64,000 nucleotides of DNA, from NCBI RefSeq assembly GCF_006345805.1, contig NC_043010.1:62124001-62188000 (forward strand), in the 5' to 3' direction. Positions 10,605-20,066 of the stretch are shown here, piece after piece. A program made the position numbers and the translations under genes. The number at the start of each line of letters is the position of its first letter. The first letter of the stretch is position 1. The notes beneath the pieces are model-generated. The model was given only the letters and a program-made list of their open reading frames with translations, was not told the origin of the DNA and searched no databases. This stretch comes from Octopus sinensis. Its lineage: Eukaryota.

Positions 10605-10644
10605 CCATGCTACTAATAGTTTCACGTACGTTCTTCAGGTGTGG
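10605..10644 (-). ncRNA. Minimal type I hammerhead ribozyme motif, core intact, stem I partly decayed
   Basis: Minus strand CCACAC-CUGAAGA-ACGUACGU-GAAA-CUAUUAG-UA-GCAUGG. Confidence 0.7.
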
Positions 10645-10734
10645 ACTATTTTACCAAACTAAGCAGTTTAAATAATGGACTGAACATAAAACAGCACAGT
10701 AACAAAAATAAATTAAGAAACATAGGAACATAAC

Positions 10735-10927
10735 TCCCTTTACTCTGTTTTACTTGCTTCAGTCTTTTGATTGCGGCCATGCTGGAGCACCGCCCTCAGG
10801 ACTTAGTCTTTGCAAGCCTAGTACTTATTCCATTGGTCTCTAAGTTGCGGGGACGTAAACACACCACCATTGGTTGTCAAGCGATGCTAGTGGGACAAAC
10901 ACAGACACACAAACATATATATGTATG

Positions 10928-10964
<37 letters not shown>

Positions 10965-11231
10965 ATATTTCGGATGGTGCTTTTTACATGGTATGTAAAA
11001 AGCACCATCTGATCGTGGCCATTTGCCAGCCTCGTCTGGCACCTGTGCAGGTGGCGCGTAAAAAGCACCCACTACACTCACGGAGTGGTTGTGGTTAGGA
11101 AGGGCATCCAGCTGTAAAAACACTGCCAGATCAGACTGGGCCTGGTGCAGCCTTCTGGCTTCCCAGACCCCAGTTGAACCGTCCAACCCATGCTAGCATG
11201 GAAAACGGACGTTAAACGATGATGATGATGA
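10735..11231. mobile_element. Family A 3' half (-, 10735-10950) plus family C 3' part (+, 10970-11231)
   Basis: Matches to the other copies in the window. Confidence 0.85.
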
Positions 11232-11304
11232 TATATATGAATATATATATATATATATAATGTGGTAATTTAGCAAAAATCAACATGTATCAATATACAC
11301 ACAC

Positions 11305-12965
11305 GTGTACAGGTATGCATACCTTAACAGGTGAAAACTCAATTTTCATCTCTTCTTAGATTTGACCCCTTACATATCATGAAGGGAGCAAGACTCAGCT
11401 TTGAAGAAGGGAAATTCATTCTAAACTGGAACTAGAAGTTTGAAAATGCAGTTGAAGTGTAAAGACAGTTTAAGAAGGTGTTAAAACTGACTTACCTGTG
11501 GCTTACCATCACTCGAATTAGGAAAGAGTTTTGAAGCAGATGGAACTGTTCAGAATGTTCTGGAAGACCACAGATATCCACAAGCCACACAAAGCAAGAA
11601 AGAGTATGAGAAACAAATTGTCAAGGTTCAAGAAAACTTATTTGTCAAGAAAATTGTGAGAGGAATTTCAAAAGCAAGAATCCATTGCATTCTGAAATGT
11701 TGTCATTGAAAAAGTTAATTTCCAAGAATAGTCCATGACTCCCATAAAGATGATCCGGACTGACAAGCGGTGATTTTGTGAGAGGTAATTGGTAAGTTGT
11801 GTAGAAGAGTTAATAGAGTCTCCGGATCTGGAAGAAGTGACCTGTGTTCACTGTAATTTATATACCTTTTTGACCTTTAATGGGACACCTTTGACACATT
11901 TTTAGTCACCGAAATAAATATTCAAGAGAGGAGTGGATTTGATCTCAAAACCTCCCAAAGACTGTTTGCTCAATCATGTCACAGCTGCACCCAGTGACAG
12001 ATGATTGAGCCATTTAATGTAAATGAGTATCCATATATTATAGAGGAACATCAAATTAATTAACCGGGAGTTACTGTGTAGTGTGGCTCATCATCAGAAA
12101 GATTAATTAGGCCATTCAATTATAACGATGCTGTGACTGCTTCCATTTTCTTGAACTTACTGTGATAGACTGTCAAGCGAAGGCACTGAAAAGGACTTTG
12201 AACATTTCCAGCAAAAAAGGGTACCTCCATAGTATTGGGTCTTGAGATTTTGTCAATGTGCAGGAGCGGCTGTGGTAAGTAGCTTGCTTACCAACCACAT
12301 GGTTCCGGGTTCAGTCCCACTGCGTGGCATCATGGGCAAGTGTCTGCTGCTATAGCCCCGGGCCGACAAATGCCTTGTGAGTGGATTTGGTAGACGGAAA
12401 CTGAAAGAAGCCTGTCGTTTATATGTATATATATGTGTGTGTGTGTGTGTCTGTGTTTGTCCCCCTAGCATTGCTTGACAACCGATGCTGGTGTGTTTAC
12501 GTCCCCGTCACTTAGCGGTTCGGCAAAAGGGACCGATAGAATAAGTACTGGGCTTACAAAGAATAAGCCCCGGGGTCAATTTTCTCGACTAAAGGCGGTG
12601 CTCCAGCATGGCCGCAGTCAAATGACTGAAACAAGTAACAGAGTAAGTGGATTAGATGAAGAGGCTTAGTAGAGTACCTTCCATGGGCACCAGATCTTGC
12701 ACCACAAGGCTTTTTATGGGGATACTTAAAAAGACAAAGTTTATGATACAAAACTAGCAAGAGTCAACAAATTGAGGGCAGCCATTGAAGAACAAAGTAC
12801 ACAAATCGTGAACGAAATGTTTCTTGATGCTTGCAATTCCACTGCTTTGCTTTATCAGAAGTACCTGCTCCAGAAGGGCCATCAGTTTGAAAACAAGCAT
12901 TTGTATGAAAATTAAAATCTGTCTGTAAGTTCTATTGAATTTTGAAAATGAAATGTAGTTTAACT
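11305..12965 (+). pseudogene. Decayed Tc1/mariner-superfamily transposase, interrupted by a family A SINE
   Basis: Frameshifted remnants: MKGARLSFEE.KFIL..FENAVEV (~11378), DDPD (~11750), PGVTV.CG....LI.PF (~12065), FQQ...PP.Y (~12207), PDL.P..FLWGYLKDKVY (~12690), GHQFEN (~12878); many stops. Confidence 0.8.
12259..12646 (+). mobile_element. SINE family A inserted in the transposase remnant
   Basis: Full-length match to the family consensus. Confidence 0.93.
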
Positions 12966-12979
12966 CTTTAGTGTTCACA

Positions 12980-13187
12980 TTATTCTACCAAAATTAATCT
13001 TTTATCCAAATTGTTTTGAACTAATCAGGCATTACCTTGTAGCTTTGAGATTTTGATGAGGTAGCTGTTAATTTTTAAAACGACATTGTAGGGTTGGTGT
13101 GAGAGACCAGATATAGCCAGTTTGAACATAAAACGGGCAGAATACTTTTGGCCGGATATGGGGGCCGGTTTAAATGCTAAAGGGTTA
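12980..13187. mobile_element. piggyBac-type MITE (family P2), partial
   Basis: Ends aaatgctaaaggg-TTAA; internal sequence matches 23030-23250 and 24183-24390. Confidence 0.7.
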
Positions 13188-13235
13188 ATAAACACTGACT
13201 TTATAATCATTCACTGCATCTGCAGGGGGGAAGGG

Positions 13236-13463
13236 AAGGCGTGGCCTGTGTAGAGAGGAGCTTTCTCCGTCCGGGTTGCGGATCCGTGGAACAAGCTGCC
13301 AGACGAGATGGTGAAGATGCCGACGACCGCTTTGTTCAAAGTCTCCCTTGACCTCAAGTGGCCTGAACTCTTTACATGAACACCACCCTGTACTTAATTC
13401 CATGTCCCTCTACATGGCCTTGCTTTTTGCTTTTGAGCCAAAAATTAACTAACTAACTAACTG
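13236..13463 (+). mobile_element. 5'-truncated CR1/L2-type LINE 3' end with (CTAA)n tail and long target-site duplication
   Basis: 13254-13379 encodes RGAFSVRVADPWNKLPDEMVKMPTTALFKVSLDLKWPELFT* (FSxRV..WNxLP..FK..LD signature); direct repeat 13194-13224 = 13464-13494. Confidence 0.88.
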
Positions 13464-13554
13464 ACTGACTTTATAATCATTCACTGCATCTGCATGGGGG
13501 GCAAGGGGGGGGGATGCAGCCAGTGCATATATACACACACACAGATTTGGGTAT

Positions 13555-13616
13555 ACAAAAAGAGAAAAAAAAAACAATTAAAAATAAGTCAACACATGGA
13601 GTAGAATTAATTTATT
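13555..13616 (-). terminator. Candidate poly(A) signal of the - strand ZNF gene
   Basis: AATAAA (plus-strand TTTATT 13611-13616) followed on - by tgtgttg and a long U-rich downstream element; preceded by ~800 nt of transposon-free UTR-like sequence. Confidence 0.55.
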
Positions 13617-15099
13617 CGTTCAAAGCCGATGGAACGAATGTTATACAAGCAAAAAACTGAGTAGCAGAAAGATGAAAGTTAAAGTCAATAATAATAATAA
13701 TAATAATAATAATATAATGATAATAATAATAATAATAACAGGTTACATAGGCAGGCACGGTAGCTCAGATTTATATAGAGGAGAGGGAGTGGGGTGGGGT
13801 GGGGGAGGAGGAGGAGGTAAGAAGTCCTGACAAGCCAAGCTGCCCTTTTTCTAATAAAAAAGTGAATAAGCGATATGAACTGGTAGAAACGACTTGGAAG
13901 ATGATATCGGAGGGGATTGGAGGAGGGTGGGGTGGGGTGAAAGTGGGGGCGGGGGAGGGGGTTAGTCGAGGGACAAACATTTGGATTAACAAAAAAGATT
14001 TTTTTTTTCTTTCAAATTCTAATTGTTCATTTGGCACATCTTCGTTAGACACAGAAACAGGCACTGTCCATCATCATCGTACAGATTATTGTCGCAACCA
14101 TTAGTCATCATCACTCGTCATCACCGTCACCATCATCATCATCATCATCACCATTCACATTTTAAAAATCATTTCAAGTTTGTTCGTTCTTCCTGTTTTT
14201 GTTGTTGTAAATCTTTTCTTCGTGGCCAACAGTTAAATCGAAGACACAGACTCACAGACAGACGGGGAAAAGAAAGACAACAACAAAACAAAAAGTAAAA
14301 AAAAAGAAAAACAAGTAAATAAATAGAAGAAAATCTGTCAACTTTGTCATTGTGTGACACGTAGGGGTGGGACAGTTCTTCAAATTTACAGATTAGCATA
14401 ATTAGTGACAACTGGCTGGTTGAACAGGGAGGGAGGTACTTTTGCTTGCCTTTAGTGTCTGCCTTAACCTAGTGAATCTAGGATTGAAGGCTTTCCGGCT
14501 GTGACCATCTTGTCATCCTATATTATCCTATGTATAGATAGAGTGTTTTGAGATAGAGCTGGTTAGTGATACTCCCATTCTGGTCTGCTAAATGAAAAGT
14601 CAGTGATGACACTGGGTCGAATACTGCAAGAACTGGACTGTGTCCAGCCCTGAACACAAACCCAAAACAGCTTATCTAAAGGCTAATTCTGTTCAACAAG
14701 CTGTGAATAGCTACCATGAGGAAGTACAAACCTCCATTAGCCAAAAGAGAAAGATGTTAACTTTTCCATGGGTCTAGGTCAGAGAGAGAGAGAGAGTTTC
14801 ATAGCCATTGTATGCCTCCTAGCATACCTGTAGGTAACTGGACCTGAGGATTAGCTAAACAGGTTTTATGTGTGTAACGAGGTATGTAATAAACATTGTT
14901 TAACTTTGAAACATATGTAGTTTCTATTTACCTTTTCCATTCATTACTCTATTGGATATATATATATATATATATATATTCATATATATTCAGAGATGTA
15001 CATGCCCAGCAAGTGATTTGATCTGTGCTGAAGCTAAAACAATTACAGTGTGGAAGATGTATGGTTTTGAAAGCTATGTGCCTCCCACTCTATAATTAT

Positions 15100-15250
15100 A
15101 TAGTGGTAGGAAGCTTCCTTCCAAACCAAATGGTTCCAGGTTCAGTCCCACACCAGGGCACTTTGGACAATTGTTTTCTACTATAACCTTAGGTCGACCA
15201 AAGCCTTGTGAGTGGATTTGGTAGACAGAAACTGAAAGAAGCTTTTCATA

Positions 15251-15291
<41 letters not shown>

Positions 15292-15520
15292 GCATATATG
15301 TGTGCAGATGTCTTTGTGTCCTGTTTGTACCCCATCACTGCTTGAGAGCTGGTGTTGATGTGTTTATGTCCCCATAACTTAGCGTTTCGTCAAAAGCAAC
15401 TGATAGAATTGTACCAGGATTAAAAAATAAAAAGTACCGGAGTCAATTCCTTCGATTAAAAGTTCAAAGCAGAACCCCAGAACAGCTGCAGTCTAATGAC
15501 TGAAATGAATAAACGAATAT
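15100..15520 (+). mobile_element. SINE family A, older diverged copy
   Basis: Same module order, more substitutions. Confidence 0.85.
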
Positions 15521-15777
15521 ATACATTCACACATAATTACATTACGCGTGTGAGTGCACCAGTGCAAACTGGTGCGTCGAGTTCCTTTACGGCAAAGTGT
15601 AAAATCTTATCAATCTGATAAATAGAGGTTGATAAAACGAGTTCTGGGGATGATACGATCGAGTGAAAATCTTCCAAGATGGTGCCCCAGCTTGGCCACA
15701 GTACAATGACTGAAACCAATAGCAGAAACAAAAAATAACCTATACATACACATAACACACAGACTACATATATATAT

Positions 15778-15841
<64 letters not shown>

Positions 15842-15846
15842 GTATA

Positions 15847-16392
15847 TATAATTTACAAGATAAGGGCAAAAGAAAAATTCTAATGCCAGATACGCCGAAA
15901 CAAATTTTATGCTATATCAATTATAAATAGATTAGTCTTCAACTTCCGGATTCTATCACTCTGTGAAAGTTTCTAGTTCAAATCACACGTGTCTCGAGGT
16001 GCGCCGAAGATTTTCCTATTTTGGATATATTTGGGGTACTTAAGTCTGCTCGGGACTTGGTGCTTGCTTCTTCCGTGGGTATGAATAAGTATTTCACTTA
16101 TATCTCGCGTATGTGCTGCTGAAGAGGGGAAAATTTCTTGTGAATTAACCCCGAAATTGGACCAATACGGTAATAACGAATTTTTTAGAGATTTCTATCG
16201 GTTTGTTTCGAGACGCATAAATTTAATAGTTATCGACAATTTTTTTGTTTTGGCGTATCAGGCATTAGAATTTTTCTTTTGCCCTTATCTTGTAAATTAT
16301 GTATAAATTTTACCTTTAAAGGCTTTTTTTAATATGCTGGCCATTGATAAAATTTTTTTTCCCGAAAATTTTTTTATCCTATATCAATTATA
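15847..16392 (+). mobile_element. Penelope-like/retrozyme-like non-coding element: inverted 5' segment, internal hammerhead, terminal direct repeat
   Basis: 15847-15905 is the reverse complement of 16240-16303; ttttat(g/c)ctatatcaattata repeated at ~15905-15924 and ~16372-16392; hammerhead at 16114-16172; embedded in (TA)n. Confidence 0.75.
16114..16172 (+). ncRNA. Type I hammerhead ribozyme motif, core intact
   Basis: UGCUG-CUGAAGA-GGGG-(19 nt)-CCCC-GAAA-UUGG-A-CCAA-UA-CGGUA; predicted cleavage after 16167. Confidence 0.8.
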
Positions 16393-16398
16393 TGTATG

Positions 16399-16436
<38 letters not shown>

Positions 16437-16443
16437 CACACAT

Positions 16444-16581
16444 ATACAAAGAAAAAGGAGGTAGTCAGAATTTTGGATAAACATTTATTATTTGGAGAAT
16501 TGCCTGATAATTATCTGAAATAAGATGTAAGCACCAAATAAATAATTATCCAAAATTTTGACATCTTCCTTTTTCTTTATA
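16444..16581. repeat. Fold-back element (arms 16444-16495 / 16534-16581)
   Basis: aaagaaaaagga..gtcagaattttggataa pairs with ttatccaaaattttgac..tcctttttcttt. Confidence 0.8.
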
Positions 16582-19219
16582 CACAAAATTTATACACCAC
16601 TCAAAATAATCTATACATACACACATATATACACACACACATATACATACATACATACATATATACACACACACTCATATATGTGTATATACACACATAT
16701 ACATTTATATATGTAGATTGTCAGAAGTTACAAAGTGATTCACAGGAAGAGAGTTTTGTGTATACCACTTATCCTACACACACACACACACACACAGAGG
16801 CAGATGGCAAACGTACACACACGTCTGTTTGCATTTTTAGCTCTGACTTGGATTCATTTAAAAAAGTTAAGCTGCAAAGAAGTTTTGGTTGAGGGGGGGA
16901 ACTTCGTTGGGGTGGGGTGGGGGGACGTGGAAATGTTCTGTACAAAATATAAAGGGCCCACCAGGACCCTACTTTTAAAAATGAGATGGGAAGAGAAGCA
17001 AGGGATGGCTGCCTCAACTTCACGCTTTTGGAGACTTGTTTTTGTGAAATAATGTCCTGACAGTGATGTGGTGGTGGTGACGGTGGTGGTGATAACGAGT
17101 ACTAATGAAATAATTAACACACATAATTAATAAAGTGTTTCAAGAAAAATATCTGTGTTGAAAAAGAAATTAAGAAAAAAAAAAAAGGGTCTCTGAAGAC
17201 TGGGAGAGGCATGCTAGCTTTAGGGATTTGAACAGATGATGAAGGGGCCAGAATATATGAGAAAATGGGAGATTTAAAGAAGATTAAATAGCAGAGATAT
17301 TAAACTTAACCCCTTCACAATCCACAATTAATTAAAGGGCCAATACATAATGAGGGTCCAGTTAACGATTAGCAGATGTTTTACACACACATGCACAAAC
17401 TGTAGAAGATTCTAGTTTAATCACTGGATAATTTCTCCAGATAAAATTGTAGTTTTGGTGAATTGTACAACTGGGGTTGAGTGTCTTGTTTAAGGGCACA
17501 ACCTCCTGAATGATGCCCTTGTTTAATCCACTCAACCACTGTACAGTAGGTCCCCACAAATCTTATTTACTGTTTGTGGCTTTAATTGACCCCTTTAAAT
17601 ATATAAATCTTCAACTAAACCCAGATGCAGTGACTCCCAACATAGACGGATGTCCCAAGAACCCTTCATTCGCAATGGAGAAGTGTTTCCAGCATGCAAC
17701 CCAATTCTGAATGGAATGGAAATTTGCTCTCAAGAAGATTTTTCCTTGAGGGAGACTGTCCTCAGGGCCAAGAGCTCTCCAGAAGTTTTAAACCCCAAAT
17801 CAACACAAAATGAAACCATTTTACAACAGGATTTCTGTCTTTTGAGGTAGCCATAGCAACAACCAAGATTCCAGCATCAACATGGGAAATGTAGATAATT
17901 CTCAAATCTTGAAGGGTCATTAAGGGTCAATGTTTATCTCTTGCTTTTCAGGAGAGAAGTGATTGATATTTATTTAGCCACTTACCAGACATAACTGAGG
18001 CAATGGAGATTAACACCAGATCTCCTGGGAATATTACCTGTGAGAGGCTGGCGTCTTATCCAGGAAGGGATTTATCTCTCATCTCCCCAGTGGCGTTTCT
18101 GCTCGAAGCATTTAATCTATATTACCTCAGCTCCTGACAGCTAGACAAACTGTGGTAATGTGTTCTGTCCAGAAATACAACAGACTAAACTCAATACCTC
18201 CCTGTATTGGCAACTTATTACCCTAACCACTTAGCCACCTCACTTTTACATTTGGACACGAATAAGAGGAGTCAGTGAGGGTGCAAAACAGGAACAGGGT
18301 GGAGAAATAAGACAACTGTATGCCTGAGAGGTCGTTGTTTAATGCAAGGTTAGCCATGGTCCAGTAGACCTATAATCAATCTAATGTTTGGGGAATTTGG
18401 TAGATGGAACCAACACGGAAGCTCATTGCCTGTAGAACTAATAACCGTTATGGTTCCACACTATTCATTGAGGCCATGACCGTCCCATGTCCCTTTCCTT
18501 TTTAAAGACAGAAGAGTGTCATGAATGACATTTGACTGCTGTTTCCAGCAAGTCAAATGATCACTCAGTGCCACTGATGGGCATAAGTTTGCTCGAGTTG
18601 AAGGGGTCACACGCAGACAATGGTATTAAACATCATTATCGTTGGGAAATCACAGCTTACAGGGAAATCTACCCTGGTCTTAATCCATACCCTCAGCAAG
18701 ACATAGGAGACCCAGAGGAAGTTATAAGGGACTTACAAGAAGTTAGTTTCAAGGATCAGATTAAAACTATAAGGTCAGAGAATCCCAAGAAACAGGTCAT
18801 CAGTGTGTACTGGTCCTTGAGAAGGGTTAACACATCACACAAATCCCTAAGACCCTGACAGTAACTTCTGTCCCCGTTAGATATTCCAAGCTTTTATTTC
18901 CCCTCATTTCACTGTAGTCGGACCCTTAAAAGGGTTGACATGCCACATGAATCTTGCGTAAAGTCTAGCAGGACAGGGACTTCTTTCCCTTCCAGTCATT
19001 CAAAGTCAGTTCTCCCTGACTGTGGTTTTCATTAGACATCAGGTAGGGACCGGGAAAGGGAGGACGTCGTTAATCAGCTTATCCACATCGTTTTAATTAG
19101 ATGACAAATTAATTGCTATGTTTAATTGTTCAATGATTTTAACGTCGACATTCAGAACCCTGGACAAACATTGTCATCGACACAGCCTGGCCAGAGATAC
19201 AAACATCAGTTCAAATTAG

Positions 19220-20060
19220 TCAGTAGAGTAAATAGACTAGTGTAGTAGTAGTAGTCGGTATGGTACAGGGGTTATAGTACTGTACAGTATAGAAGTAGTA
19301 GTGCTGTAGAGTGAAGTTATAGTAGAGTTGTGGAGTACAGTCTGTAGAATATAGTAGTACTGTACGGTACGGGACTGTACTGGCAATAATAGTGTCCAAC
19401 ATAAAACTGTTTGCTGCAACAATAGTTTCTCTCTTGAACCATGGGATTACCGTAGCAGTAGAGTGTGGTGTGGTCAGTGTAGCCATGTGTTGTGGTTTTG
19501 GTAGTGGCGTGCATCATAATGTTGTGTGATTATGGCTGGGAGTGTGGGCTATAGTATGGTTACTGCAGTAGTGTGTGTTGTTATTGTAGCAGTGTTGGTT
19601 ACTGTAGTGGTGCGTTGTAGCACACCGTGGCCACTGTAGCAGTATGGTGTATAGTGTAGTTGCTGTAGTAGTATGTGTTGTAGTGTTGCTACTCTGCCAA
19701 TGTACACTTGTCAAGTAGTTCACGATGTAGCTACTGTGGTAGTATATATATGTACATATATAATGTTTCGTAAGTGTGGTGTCCCACAGTTAGCCACCGC
19801 AACAGTATAGCATGTGTGATATGTTGCACTATGTCACTACTGCAGCACAGTTTAGGATGTAGTATATGGTGTGCAGTGTATCGCAACAGTATGCAACATA
19901 GTGTTCAGTTCGTTGCACCATGTGACAACTGCTGCAACGGTATAAAGTGTGTGGGGTTTCATCAGAATGCAACTAACAGAGGTGCAGGTTTGGGTTGCAT
20001 GTTGTGTGCACTGCGGCTATTGGGTGCCGCAGCAGTCTGTAAGAGAGGTTGTAACAATGA
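19220..20060 (-). repeat. Cryptic low-complexity (GTA/GTG/TGC-rich on +) tract in the proximal 3' UTR
   Basis: Dense tgtagtagt, gtactgta, gtgtgttg words without a fixed period. Confidence 0.7.
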
Positions 20061-20066
20061 TGCATC

